A stretch of DNA of 62,407 nucleotides, taken from positions 1 through 62,407 of the forward strand of contig DYIB01000001.1 of the NCBI GenBank assembly GCA_020723855.1. The letters are read 5' to 3'. The notes beneath the pieces are model-generated. The model was not told where the DNA came from. It ran no database searches and was given only the letters and a program-made list of their open reading frames with translations. This document shows positions 53,327 to 62,407 of the stretch, piece after piece. Position 1 is the first letter of the stretch. Each line of letters starts with the position of its first letter. The stretch comes from Uliginosibacterium gangwonense. GTDB taxonomy: Bacteria; Pseudomonadota; Gammaproteobacteria; Burkholderiales; Rhodocyclaceae. The position numbers and the translations under genes were made by a program.

Positions 53327-53797
53327 ATGTCCTGCGCGCAAACCGTCGAGCGCTATCTCGACTCCCACAACGTCAGCTACGAGATGGTGTCCCACCCGCG
53401 CTGCTACACCAGCCTCGGGGCGGTACACCTGTCCAACATCGATCCCGAGCGCATGGCCAAGGCGGTGCTGCTGGAGGATGACCGGGGTTACATGGTGGCG
53501 GTGGTGCCGGCATCGTGCCAGGTCAGGCTGAGGAAGCTGCGCCGGGAAATGGGACGCCCGCTATGGATGGCATCGGAATCGGAAATGATGCAACTGTTCC
53601 CCGATTGCGACCGGGGCGCCATTCCCGCGATCGCTTTCGCCTATGGTCTGGAAACCGTGGTGGAGGAGTCGCTGATGGCCCAGCCGGACGTATACTTCGA
53701 GGCCGGCGACCACGAGCACCTGATACACCTGCGCACGGAAGACTTCGCGGGCATGATGCAGGGCGCCCGGCGCGCCCATTTCAGCGCCCACATGTAG
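53327..53797 (+). CDS. YbaK/aminoacyl-tRNA-deacylase-like domain protein
   Basis: 156 aa from the ATG at 53327 (GGAAGGAGG 6 nt upstream). Family assignment is by general resemblance only. Confidence 0.5.
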   Translation: MSCAQTVERYLDSHNVSYEMVSHPRCYTSLGAVHLSNIDPERMAKAVLLEDDRGYMVAVVPASCQVRLRKLRREMGRPLWMASESEMMQLFPDCDRGAIPAIAFAYGLETVVEESLMAQPDVYFEAGDHEHLIHLRTEDFAGMMQGARRAHFSAHM

Positions 53798-53806
53798 GAG
53801 GTCGAG

Positions 53807-56395
53807 TCAGATCTGCAGGGCCTCCAGCAGCTCTGCCTCCAGGCGCAACAGGGTCGAGGTCTTGGCCAGTTCCTCGCCGCTGATGAGGAAAGTGTCTTCG
53901 GCGCGCTCGCCCAGGGTGGCGATCTTGGCCGACTGCACATTGATGCGGTGGTCGGCCAGGATGCGGGCGATGGTAAACAGCAGGCCCGGGCGGTCCACGG
54001 CCACCACCGACAACAGGTGGTGATTGCCCTTCTCGTCCGGGCGGATCGTCACCTCGGGCGTGATCGGGAAGTGGCGCACCTGCCGCGACATGCGGCCGGT
54101 GGCCGGCTGTTCCGGCGGCGCCTGCAGGCGCAGGCGTTCCACCAGATCGTGCTCGATCAGGCTGATCATCTCCCGGTAGGGCAGTTGGCTGCCCGGATCC
54201 AGCAGGAAGAAGCTGTCCAGCGCGTAGCCGTGGCGCGTAGTGTGGATCTTGGCTTCGACGATGCTGTAGCCCAGCCGGCTGAAGAAGCCGCACAGGCGCA
54301 CGAACAGATCCCGCTGGTCGCGGGTATAAACCATCACCTGCAGCCCTTCGGCGAACTGGGGCAGGCGTGCCTTCACCACCGGTTCCTGGGCTGCCGCCCG
54401 ATAGTAGAGCACGCGCGTGTGCCAGGCGATCTCCTCGGGCTCGTGGCGCAGGAAATAGGGCGTGTCGAGCTGGCGCCACAGCTCCGTCTCCACGCCCGGG
54501 CGCAGGCCGTGGAAGCGCAGCAGGCGCCGCGCCTCCTCCTGGCGCTCGGCGATGCCCAGCATCTGCTGGGGCTTGCCGCCGCGCAACAGATGCAGGGTGG
54601 CGTTGAACAAGTCCTCCAGCAGCTTGCCTTTCCAGGCGTTCCACACCTTGGGCCCGGTGCCGCGGATATCGGCGTGGGTGAGCAGGTAGAGGGCCGTGAG
54701 CCGGCGCTCGTCCCGCACCAGAGCGGCAAAGCCTTTGATCACGTCCGGATCGGACAGATCCTGCTTCTGGGCCACGGCCGACATGGACAGGTGGTGCTCC
54801 ACCAGCCATACCACCAGCCCGGCGTCCTCCTCCTCCAGCCCGTGATCGCGGCAGAACTGGGCGGCGTCCTGCATGCCCAGCTTCGAGTGATCGCCGCCGC
54901 GGCCCTTGGCGACGTCGTGGAACAGGGCGGCGACGTAGAGCAGCCAGTGTTTCTGGAAGCCGGCGATCAGCCGGCTGCACAGGGGATATTCGTGGGCGAA
55001 CTCCGGCATGGTGAAGCGCCGCAGGTTGCGCATGACCTGCAGGATGTGCTGGTCCACCGTGTAGGCATGGAACAGGTCGTGCTGCATCTGCCCGACGATG
55101 CGCCCGAAGGCCGGCAGGTAGCGGCCCAGGATGCCGTACTGGTTCATGCGGCGGAACTCGTGCACCAGGCCGCGCTTCTGCCGGAACAACTGCAGGAAGA
55201 GCTGACGATTGCGCACATCCTGGCGAAAGCGGGCATTGACCAGCTTGCGCGCCCGCCACAAGGCGCGCAGGGTGCGTGCCGTCATGCCCTTCAGTTCCGA
55301 GCGCTGTTGCAGCAGAAGAAAGCTTTCGAGGATGGCCGAAGGGTCCCGCTCGAACACGTCTTCCGAGCGCACGTCCAGCAGCTCGCGATTGGACTGGAAA
55401 CGATGGTCGATGGCGAAGACCACGTCGCTGCTGGGAAAGATATGGGCCCCCAGGTTCTGCAGCAAGATGGTGTTGAGCTGGGTGACCGCCTTGGCGGTGC
55501 GGTAGTAGCGCTGCATCAGCAGCTCGCTGGCACGCTTGGCCCCCATCGGCACGATCCCCATGTACCGCGCCAGCTCTTCCTGGTGATCGAACAACAGCCG
55601 GTCTTCGCGCCGGCCGGTGAGGTAGTGCAGCCGGATGCGCAGGCCCTGCAGGAAATCCTCCAGGCGCCGCAACTGTTTCGCCTCGTGCCGGGTCACCAGG
55701 CCGCAGCGCGCCAGCTCGTTCCAGTCGTGGGCGAGGCCGGTGGCCTGGCCGATCCACAGGATCACCTGGAGGTCGCGCAGGCCCCCGGGGCTTTCCTTGC
55801 AGTTGGGCTCCAGGGCAAAAGGTGTGTCCTGGTGGCGCACGTAACGCTCGTCCTGCTCCAGGCGCTTGCCCTTGAAGAAGGCCGCCGGGTCCAGTTGCGC
55901 CCGCAGGCGCCGGGTGAATTCGCTATAGATTTCCGGGTTGCCGCACAACAGGCGCGCTTCCAGCAGGGTGGTCTGCACCGTGATGTCGCGCTCGGCTTCC
56001 TCCAGGCAGGCCTCGACGCTGCGCACGCTGTGGCCGATCTCCAGGCCGATATCCCACAGGAAGCCGACCAGGCGTTCGATGGCCGTCTGGGCCTCGCCGT
56101 CCGGGGCGCAGGCGGGCAGCAGGATCAGCAGATCCACGTCCGAGTACGGGTAGAGCTCGCCCCGGCCGTAGCCGCCGACCGCCACCAGTGCCAGGCCGCC
56201 GGCAGCGCCGCACCGTCGCCACAGGTCGCGCAGGATGGCGTCCACCAGTTCGGCGCGCCCGTGCAGCATGGCGCGCCCGTCGGCGTCAGCCTGGAAGGCG
56301 TCCCGCAGTGCCCTTTGCCCCTGTTGCAGGCGCGCCCGGTATTTGCCCACCAGGGCGCGCAGGGAGTCACCGTCGCAGGGGGCGGGCAGGGCCAC
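53807..56395 (-). CDS. glnD: [Protein-PII] uridylyltransferase/uridylyl-removing enzyme
   Basis: Nucleotidyltransferase GGYGRGEL...DVDLLIL, HD domain and two C-terminal ACT domains. The GTG at 56395 lies 5 nt after the map stop. The track's GTG at 56491 would overlap map by 91 nt. Confidence 0.9.
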   Translation of the reverse strand: MALPAPCDGDSLRALVGKYRARLQQGQRALRDAFQADADGRAMLHGRAELVDAILRDLWRRCGAAGGLALVAVGGYGRGELYPYSDVDLLILLPACAPDGEAQTAIERLVGFLWDIGLEIGHSVRSVEACLEEAERDITVQTTLLEARLLCGNPEIYSEFTRRLRAQLDPAAFFKGKRLEQDERYVRHQDTPFALEPNCKESPGGLRDLQVILWIGQATGLAHDWNELARCGLVTRHEAKQLRRLEDFLQGLRIRLHYLTGRREDRLLFDHQEELARYMGIVPMGAKRASELLMQRYYRTAKAVTQLNTILLQNLGAHIFPSSDVVFAIDHRFQSNRELLDVRSEDVFERDPSAILESFLLLQQRSELKGMTARTLRALWRARKLVNARFRQDVRNRQLFLQLFRQKRGLVHEFRRMNQYGILGRYLPAFGRIVGQMQHDLFHAYTVDQHILQVMRNLRRFTMPEFAHEYPLCSRLIAGFQKHWLLYVAALFHDVAKGRGGDHSKLGMQDAAQFCRDHGLEEEDAGLVVWLVEHHLSMSAVAQKQDLSDPDVIKGFAALVRDERRLTALYLLTHADIRGTGPKVWNAWKGKLLEDLFNATLHLLRGGKPQQMLGIAERQEEARRLLRFHGLRPGVETELWRQLDTPYFLRHEPEEIAWHTRVLYYRAAAQEPVVKARLPQFAEGLQVMVYTRDQRDLFVRLCGFFSRLGYSIVEAKIHTTRHGYALDSFFLLDPGSQLPYREMISLIEHDLVERLRLQAPPEQPATGRMSRQVRHFPITPEVTIRPDEKGNHHLLSVVAVDRPGLLFTIARILADHRINVQSAKIATLGERAEDTFLISGEELAKTSTLLRLEAELLEALQI

Positions 56396-56400
56396 GGTGG

Positions 56401-57204
56401 TCAGGAGGCGAGGGCGGGGCGGGGCGGCGTCCCGGAGGATACCGTCAGCACCTCGTAGCCCGTTTCGGTCACCAGCACCGTGTGCTCCCACTGGGCCGAC
56501 AGGCTGCGGTCCCTGGTGACGATGGTCCAGCCGTCGGGCAGTTCCGAGATGGCCGCCCTGCCGGCGTTGATCATGGGCTCGATGGTGAAGATCATGCCCG
56601 GGCGCAGTTCGAGGCCGCTGCCCGGCTTGCCGTAATGCAGCACCTGGGGCTCCTCATGGAACTTTCGTCCGATACCGTGGCCGCAGAACTCGCGCACCAC
56701 CGAGAAGCCGTGGGACTCGGCGTGGCGCTGGATGGCATGGCCGATATCGCCCAGGCGCGCGCCCGGGCGCACCTGCTCGATGCCTAGCCACAGGCATTCA
56801 TAGGTGACGGCGCACAGGCGCTTGGCCAGGATGGATGTCTCGCCGCCGACGATGAACATGCGGCTGGTGTCGCCGTGGAAGCCGTCCTTGATCACCGTGA
56901 TGTCGATATTGACGATGTCGCCGCGCTTGAGTTTCTTGTCGCTCGGCACCCCATGGCACACCTGGTGATTGACCGAGGTGCAGATGGACTTGGGATAGGG
57001 CGAATACCCGGGCGGGGCGTAGTTGAGGGGCGCCGGGATCGTGCCCTGGACGTTGACCATGTAGTCGTGGCACAGCCTGTCCAGCTCGGCAGTGGTGACG
57101 CCCGGCTGCACGTGGGGGCCGATGAAATCCAGTACCTCGGCCGCCAGGCGGCCAGCCAGCCGCATCTTCTCGATTTCTTCGGCGTTCTTGATTACGACGC
57201 TCAT
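56401..57204 (-). CDS. map: Methionine aminopeptidase, type I
   Basis: 267 aa. Metal-ligand contexts typical of MetAP-I ([22 protein letters not shown]). Confidence 0.95.
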   Translation of the reverse strand: MSVVIKNAEEIEKMRLAGRLAAEVLDFIGPHVQPGVTTAELDRLCHDYMVNVQGTIPAPLNYAPPGYSPYPKSICTSVNHQVCHGVPSDKKLKRGDIVNIDITVIKDGFHGDTSRMFIVGGETSILAKRLCAVTYECLWLGIEQVRPGARLGDIGHAIQRHAESHGFSVVREFCGHGIGRKFHEEPQVLHYGKPGSGLELRPGMIFTIEPMINAGRAAISELPDGWTIVTRDRSLSAQWEHTVLVTETGYEVLTVSSGTPPRPALAS

Positions 57205-57229
57205 AACTGTTGGGGAAAACGAAGTTTCA

Positions 57230-57280
57230 GCGCAGGCTAACGTTGGCGCAGCGAACGTTAAGCGCAGCGGCCGAAGCTAA
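57230..57280. repeat. Three tandem ~16-bp units, each beginning GCGCAG
   Basis: GCGCAGGCTAACGTTG / GCGCAGCGAACGTTAA / GCGCAGCGGCCGAAGCTAA, directly adjacent. Starts 26 bp upstream of the map start codon. Confidence 0.65.
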
Positions 57281-57357
57281 AATTGCTGAAGACTAACGGA
57301 TTAGACCGGCCGAGGCAATTTGGTGCCCGCCGCCCGGTCTTTGCTCCGCGTTTTCTG

Positions 57358-57387
57358 TTGAGTCTAACGCAAAGAATTTGCTATAAT
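57358..57387 (+). promoter_or_regulatory. Predicted sigma70 promoter of rpsB-tsf (TTGAGT-18 bp-TATAAT)
   Basis: Consensus -10 at 57382-57387 and -35 at 57358-57363. Implies a leader of about 170 nt before rpsB. Confidence 0.55.
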
Positions 57388-57564
57388 TTTCGGATCGCTT
57401 TATTCCGCCGGTGTGGTGTTCGCGCTGCCGCGTCGGGAAGAGCGAAATTCACACGCCCGGCGACGAACAGGGTGCATCCGCAGGATGCGTGCGGTTTCAG
57501 AGGTGTTCCTCCCAAGGAGGAAGGCCATGGCCGGGCGGAGGTCCAACCCTTTTCGGAGATTGTC

Positions 57565-58320
57565 ATGACGACCATGCGTCAAATGCTGGAGGCCGGCGTC
57601 CACTTCGGCCATCAAACCCGCTTCTGGAACCCGAAGATGGCCCCCTTCATCTTCGGCCAGCGCAACAAGATCCACATCATCAACCTGGAGAAGACCCTCG
57701 TCAAATACAACGAGGCCATGGCTTTCCTGCGCAAGATGGCGGCCAACAAGGGCACCATCCTGTTCGTCGGCACCAAGCGCCAGGCACGCGAGATCGTGCG
57801 CGAGGAGGCGAGCCGCGCCGGCATGCCCTATGTGGATGAGCGCTGGCTCGGCGGCATGCTGACCAACTTCAAGACGGTCAAGCAGTCCATCAAGCGTCTC
57901 AAGGAACTGGAGGCTATGTCCCAGGACGGCTCGTTCGAGCGTATGGCCAAGAAGGAAGCCCTGGTGCTGCAGCGCGAGCTGGCCAAGCTGGAGAAGAGCC
58001 TGGGGGGCATCAAGGACATGAACAGCCTGCCCGACGCGCTGTTCGTGATCGACGTGGGTTATCACAAGATCGCCGTCACCGAGGCCAGCAAGCTGGGCAT
58101 CCCGGTGGTGGCGGTGGTCGATACCAACCATTCGCCCGAGGGCGTGAGCTACGTCATTCCGGGCAACGACGATTCGAGCCGGGCTATCCGTCTCTACGCC
58201 CGCGGCGCCGCCGATGCGATTCTCGAAGGCCGGGCCCAGGTGATGCAGGACGTGGTGGCGGCTGTGTCGGATGAATTCGTCGAAGTGAGCGAAGAAGCCG
58301 GCGAAGACGAAGCGGCCTGA
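57565..58320 (+). CDS. rpsB: 30S ribosomal protein S2
   Basis: 251 aa starting at [32 protein letters not shown]. Confidence 0.95.
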   Translation: MTTMRQMLEAGVHFGHQTRFWNPKMAPFIFGQRNKIHIINLEKTLVKYNEAMAFLRKMAANKGTILFVGTKRQAREIVREEASRAGMPYVDERWLGGMLTNFKTVKQSIKRLKELEAMSQDGSFERMAKKEALVLQRELAKLEKSLGGIKDMNSLPDALFVIDVGYHKIAVTEASKLGIPVVAVVDTNHSPEGVSYVIPGNDDSSRAIRLYARGAADAILEGRAQVMQDVVAAVSDEFVEVSEEAGEDEAA

Positions 58321-58333
58321 TGGCGGATTGCCG

Positions 58334-58369
58334 GGCGCGCCGCGCGCAAGGGCGGCGCGCCTTCGTTTT
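58334..58369 (+). terminator. Intrinsic terminator/attenuator between rpsB and tsf
   Basis: 10-bp GC stem ggcgcgccgc / gcggcgcgcc with an 8-nt loop, followed by ttcgtttta. Confidence 0.55.
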
Positions 58370-58405
58370 AAGATACGGGATACACGGAACAAGTTAGGAG
58401 CAGCA

Positions 58406-59299
58406 ATGGCGGAAATTACCGCAGCAATGGTCAAGGAACTGCGCGAGAAGACCGACGCGCCGATGATGGAATGCAAGAAGGCTCTCACGGAGGCCGCCGG
58501 CGACATGGCCAAGGCCGAGGAGATCCTGCGCGTCAAGCTGGGCAACAAGGCTTCCAAGGCGGCCAGCCGGGTGGCGGCCGAAGGCGTGGTCGGCCTCTAC
58601 GTGGACGCGGCTGCCAAACTGGGGGCGATAGTCGAAGTCAACTGCGAAACCGACTTCGTCGCCAAGAACGACGACTTCCTGGCTTTCGCCCGAGCCCTGG
58701 CCGAGCTGGTGGCCAAGAACGGCCCGGCCGACGTGGCGGCGCTGTCGGCGATGACCCTCAACGGCGCCACCGTGGAAGAGACGCGCACGGCGCTGGTCGG
58801 CAGGATCGGCGAGAACGTGTCGATTCGCCGGTTCGTGCGCGTCGAGGCCCAGGGCAAGCTGAGTCAGTATGTGCACGGCGGATCCAGGATCGGCGTCCTG
58901 GTGGACGTGGTGGGCGGCGACGAGCAACTGGCCAAGGATCTGGCCATGCACATCGCGGCTTCCAAGCCGAAGGCACTCGACGCCACCGGGGTGCCGGCGG
59001 AACTGATCGAGACCGAGCGCCGCATCGCTGCCGAGAAGGCGGCCGAGTCGGGCAAGCCCGCCAACATCGTCGAGAAGATGGTGGAGGGCAGCGTGCAGAA
59101 GTTCCTCAAGGAAGTGACGCTGCTGGGACAGTCCTTCGTCAAGGACGACAAGCAGACCGTCGAGCAGTTGCTCAAGTCCAGGGGCGCCTCGGTGGCAAGC
59201 TTCACGCTGTATGTGGTGGGCGAGGGCATCGAGAAGAAATCCTCCGACTTTGCGGCGGAAGTCGCCGCCCAGGCCGCCGCGGCCGCGGCCGCGCGCTGA
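58406..59299 (+). CDS. tsf: Elongation factor Ts
   Basis: 297 aa starting at [27 protein letters not shown]. Confidence 0.95.
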   Translation: MAEITAAMVKELREKTDAPMMECKKALTEAAGDMAKAEEILRVKLGNKASKAASRVAAEGVVGLYVDAAAKLGAIVEVNCETDFVAKNDDFLAFARALAELVAKNGPADVAALSAMTLNGATVEETRTALVGRIGENVSIRRFVRVEAQGKLSQYVHGGSRIGVLVDVVGGDEQLAKDLAMHIAASKPKALDATGVPAELIETERRIAAEKAAESGKPANIVEKMVEGSVQKFLKEVTLLGQSFVKDDKQTVEQLLKSRGASVASFTLYVVGEGIEKKSSDFAAEVAAQAAAAAAAR

Positions 59300-59308
59300 G
59301 GGGAAACC

Positions 59309-60019
59309 ATGCCGGCCTACAAGCGTATCCTGCTGAAGCTCTCGGGCGAAGCCCTCATGGGCGATGACCCATATGGCATCAACCGGGATACGCTGGCCGG
59401 GATCGTCGCCGAGGTCAAGGGAATCTGCGATCTGGGCGTCGAGATCGGCGTGGTCATCGGCGGCGGCAACATCTTTCGCGGCGTCGCGCCGGCGGCGACG
59501 GGCATGGATCGCGCCACCGCCGATTACATGGGCATGCTGGCCACGGTGATGAACGCCCTGGCGCTGCAGGACGCCATGCGCCATGCCGGGGTGAACAGCC
59601 GCGTGCAGTCGGCCCTGAACATCGAGCAGGTGGTGGAACCCTACATCCGCGGCAAGGCGATCCGCTACCTGGAAGAGGGCAAGGTGGTGATCTTCGCCGC
59701 CGGCACCGGCAATCCGTTCTTCACCACCGATACGGCGGCGGCCCTGCGCGGCTCGGAAATCGGCGCCGAGATCGTCATCAAGGCGACCAAGGTGGATGGC
59801 GTCTACACCGCCGATCCCATGCGCGATCCGAGCGCCACGCGCTTTCGGCGCATCAGTTTCGACGAGGCGATCGCACGCAACCTGAAGGTGATGGATGCCA
59901 CCGCGTTCGCCCTGTGCCGCGATCAGAAACTGCCCGTCAACGTATTCAGCATTTTCAAGCCCGGCGCGTTGAAGCGGGTGGTTCTCGGCGAAGACGAAGG
60001 AACCTTGGTTCATTGCTAG
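59309..60019 (+). CDS. pyrH: UMP kinase
   Basis: 236 aa. [13 protein letters not shown] and GGGNIFRG. Confidence 0.95.
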   Translation: MPAYKRILLKLSGEALMGDDPYGINRDTLAGIVAEVKGICDLGVEIGVVIGGGNIFRGVAPAATGMDRATADYMGMLATVMNALALQDAMRHAGVNSRVQSALNIEQVVEPYIRGKAIRYLEEGKVVIFAAGTGNPFFTTDTAAALRGSEIGAEIVIKATKVDGVYTADPMRDPSATRFRRISFDEAIARNLKVMDATAFALCRDQKLPVNVFSIFKPGALKRVVLGEDEGTLVHC

Positions 60020-60028
60020 GAGCGTCGC

Positions 60029-60586
60029 ATGATTGCGGAACTCAAGAAAACCACTGAACAGAAGATGCAGAAGTCCCTCGAGGCGCTCAAGGCCGATCTC
60101 GGCAAGGTGCGCACGGGGCGTGCCCATACGGGCATACTCGATCACGTCCAGGTGGATTATTACGGCACGATGATGCCGATCAACCAGGTGGCCAACGTCA
60201 CCCTGCTGGATGCCCGCACCATCACGGTCGCTCCCTGGGAGAAGAAGATGCTGCCGGCGATCGAGAAGGCCATCCGGGAATCGGATCTCGGTCTCAACCC
60301 GGCCCCCATGGGCGATGTTCTGCGCGTGCCCATGCCGCCGCTGACCGAAGAACGGCGCCGGGATCTCATCAAGGTCGTGCGCCACGAGGCGGAGAATGCG
60401 CGGGTGGCCATCCGCAACCTGCGGCGCGACGCCAACCACTCGCTGAAAGAGGCGGTCAAGGCCAAGACCATCTCCGAGGACGAGGAACGGCGGGCCCAGG
60501 ACGATATCCAAAAGCTTACCGACCGCTACATAGCGGAAATCGACAAGGCATTGGCGGCCAAAGAAGTCGACCTGATGGCGATCTGA
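60029..60586 (+). CDS. frr: Ribosome recycling factor
   Basis: 185 aa. Typical RRF sequence ([14 protein letters not shown]). Confidence 0.95.
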   Translation: MIAELKKTTEQKMQKSLEALKADLGKVRTGRAHTGILDHVQVDYYGTMMPINQVANVTLLDARTITVAPWEKKMLPAIEKAIRESDLGLNPAPMGDVLRVPMPPLTEERRRDLIKVVRHEAENARVAIRNLRRDANHSLKEAVKAKTISEDEERRAQDDIQKLTDRYIAEIDKALAAKEVDLMAI

Positions 60587-60638
60587 ACGCCGAGACCCGC
60601 GGCGCCGGCACCGGCCTCAGCACAGGAGAGGAAACGCG

Positions 60639-61448
60639 GTGAGCCTGTTTCCCAGTTCCACCAGAGAGATCCCTCGAGCGGGCGACGTGCCGAACCATGT
60701 CGCCATCATCATGGACGGCAACGGGCGCTGGGCGCGCAAGCGCTTTCTGCCCCGCGTCGCCGGCCACCGACGCGGCGTCGAGACGGTGCGCGAGATCGTC
60801 AAGGCCTGCGTCGAACGCGGCGTTTCCTACCTGACCCTGTTCGCCTTCAGCTCGGAAAACTGGCGGCGGCCGGTCGAGGAGGTGTCGTTCCTCATGCAAC
60901 TGTTCGTGCGCGCCCTCGAGGAGGAAGTGGCAAAACTCCACGCCAACGGCATCCGTTTCCGGGTCGTCGGCGATCTGTCGCGCTTCGAGCCCCGGCTGGT
61001 GCGGTTGATCCGGCGCGCCGAGGCGCTGACCGCCGACAACACCAGGCTGACCCTCACGGTGGCCGCCAACTACGGCGGGCGGTGGGACATCCTGCAGGCC
61101 GTAAACCGCCTGGCGCTGGCCCGTCCGGACAAGGCCGGCAGCTATACCGAGGACGATCTTGCGCCCTTCCTGTCCATGGCCTACGCGCCGGAACCAGACC
61201 TGTTCATCCGCACCGGGGGCGAGGAGCGGGTGAGCAACTTCCTGCTGTGGCAGCTCGCCTATACCGAGTTCTACTTCACACCCACCCTGTGGCCGGAGTT
61301 CGATACGGCGGCCTTCGATGCCGCCATCGCTTCCTACCGGCAGCGCGAACGACGTTTCGGCCGCACCAGCGAGCAGCTTCAGTCGGGCCGGGAGGCGGCC
61401 CTGGAGGAGACCGCGGACGGCGGGGGCGTCAGGCAAAAAAATGCTTAA
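60639..61448 (+). CDS. uppS: Di-trans,poly-cis-undecaprenyl-diphosphate synthase
   Basis: 269 aa. [13 protein letters not shown] and [12 protein letters not shown] start with GGAGAGG upstream. Confidence 0.9.
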   Translation: MSLFPSSTREIPRAGDVPNHVAIIMDGNGRWARKRFLPRVAGHRRGVETVREIVKACVERGVSYLTLFAFSSENWRRPVEEVSFLMQLFVRALEEEVAKLHANGIRFRVVGDLSRFEPRLVRLIRRAEALTADNTRLTLTVAANYGGRWDILQAVNRLALARPDKAGSYTEDDLAPFLSMAYAPEPDLFIRTGGEERVSNFLLWQLAYTEFYFTPTLWPEFDTAAFDAAIASYRQRERRFGRTSEQLQSGREAALEETADGGGVRQKNA

Positions 61449-62262
61449 GGCGCGGGTCGTCACCGCGCTCATCCTGCTTGCGGTATTCCTGGCCGCGCTT
61501 TTGCTTCTTCCCGATTATGGCTGGGCCGCCTTCGCGGCCGTCGTGGTCGGGGCGGCCGGCTGGGAATGGGGCGGATTCATGAAGAGCGCCGTCACGCCGC
61601 GCGCCCTCTATGCCGCCGCCACCGCGCTTGCCGCCTTCGGGCTCGGCATGGCCATCGAGCCGGGGCGGCCGGGCATGGCGGCGGGGTTGTATGTGGCCGC
61701 CGGACTGCTGTGGGTCCTGGCCGTGCCGCTGTGGCTGGCGCGCAAATGGCCTCTTCCGGCCGATGTGCGGGGCTGGGCCGTGGGCTGGCTGGTGCTGCTT
61801 CCTGCCTGCCTGGGGCTGGTGCAATTGCGCGAGTTCAGCCCCTGGTTCCTCCTGGCCGCCATGGCCCTGGTATGGGCGGCGGACATTGCAGCTTATTTCA
61901 CGGGGCGTACCCTGGGCCGCCGCAAACTGGCGCCGGCCATCAGCCCGGGCAAGACCTGGGAGGGAGCCGTGGGCGCCGGGATCGGCGTCATGATCTATGG
62001 TTTTGCCGTGGCCGCAGCCGCCGGCAAGCTCGCGGAGCGCTCGGTCTTCGCCCTCGTGGCGTTTGCCCTGGCCCTGCTGGCGCTTACGGCCGTGAGCATA
62101 ATCGGCGACTTGTTCGAATCGCTCATGAAGCGGCAGGCGGGTTTGAAGGACAGCGGCGACCTGCTGCCGGGCCACGGGGGAATTCTCGACCGCATCGACA
62201 GTCTCACATCGACTTTGCCCTGGATGGGCCTTGCGGTCGCGCTGCGGGAGTGGTGGTGGTAA
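61441..62262 (+). CDS. cdsA: Phosphatidate cytidylyltransferase
   Basis: 273 aa starting at [14 protein letters not shown]-terminal signature [28 protein letters not shown]. The ATG overlaps the end of uppS. Confidence 0.9.
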   Translation: MLKARVVTALILLAVFLAALLLLPDYGWAAFAAVVVGAAGWEWGGFMKSAVTPRALYAAATALAAFGLGMAIEPGRPGMAAGLYVAAGLLWVLAVPLWLARKWPLPADVRGWAVGWLVLLPACLGLVQLREFSPWFLLAAMALVWAADIAAYFTGRTLGRRKLAPAISPGKTWEGAVGAGIGVMIYGFAVAAAAGKLAERSVFALVAFALALLALTAVSIIGDLFESLMKRQAGLKDSGDLLPGHGGILDRIDSLTSTLPWMGLAVALREWWW

Positions 62263-62407
62263 AACAGGACAACAGGCAGAAACTGGTCGTGCTCGGCGCC
62301 ACTGGCTCCATCGGCGTGAGCACCCTGGATGTGGCGGCGCGCCACCCCGATCGTTTCGAATTACTGGCGTTGTCGGCCAACCGTCAGGCGGACAGGCTGC
62401 TCGAGCA
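62256..62407 (+). CDS. dxr: 1-deoxy-D-xylulose-5-phosphate reductoisomerase (5' fragment, runs off the window)
   Basis: Reads ...[31 protein letters not shown]. Start is one of three consecutive GTGs (62250, 62253, 62256) overlapping the cdsA stop. Confidence 0.75.
   Translation, partial: MVKQDNRQKLVVLGATGSIGVSTLDVAARHPDRFELLALSANRQADRLLE

Noticed and set aside
56396-56491. Upstream GTG start for glnD, giving an 894-aa protein
   Set aside because: It would overlap the 3' end of map by 91 nt. The GTG at 56395, 5 nt after the map stop, gives a typical length. The start remains unverified because neither candidate has a good SD.

Overview
High-GC betaproteobacterial chromosome segment, Rhodocyclales-like (Azoarcus/Aromatoleum/Thauera type, judged from gene content and order). 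It has two parts. (1) Positions 1 to about 34.6 kb form an anaerobic aromatic-catabolism island. It starts with a 15-gene minus-strand operon (18664-19362 down to 166): GntR regulator, thiolase, CoA ligase, hydantoinase A/B pair, acyl-CoA dehydrogenase, split B12 mutase, three-subunit molybdenum hydroxylase, family III CoA-transferase, opine-dehydrogenase-like protein, 3-hydroxyacyl-CoA dehydrogenase and an ABC binding protein. This enzyme set matches the anaerobic indole-3-acetate (iaa) pathway described in Azoarcus evansii and Aromatoleum aromaticum. Next is an OYE/2,4-dienoyl-CoA-reductase-like flavoprotein whose promoter and operator copy those of the GntR gene. Then comes an Azoarcus-type benzoyl-CoA module split into divergent operons: bzdVWXY on the minus strand and bzdNOPQM plus three uncharacterised genes on the plus strand. 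Their shared AT-rich control region carries two FNR-type boxes with exact class II geometry. No bzdA ligase or bzdR regulator is present. The island is punctuated by a private family of long hairpin repeats and ends at a decayed histidine-kinase fragment. (2) Positions 34.6-62.4 kb are ordinary housekeeping synteny: prmB-dapE-pilU-dapD-dapC, EamA, queF, smc-zipA-ligA, galU, hpt, typA, mtnP-def, glnD-map, rpsB-tsf-pyrH-frr-uppS-cdsA-dxr. No rRNA, tRNA, CRISPR, IS or phage genes were seen. All functional calls rest on recognisable motifs in the translations and on gene context; no database search was possible. Many long alternate-frame ORFs in the track are high-GC artefacts.
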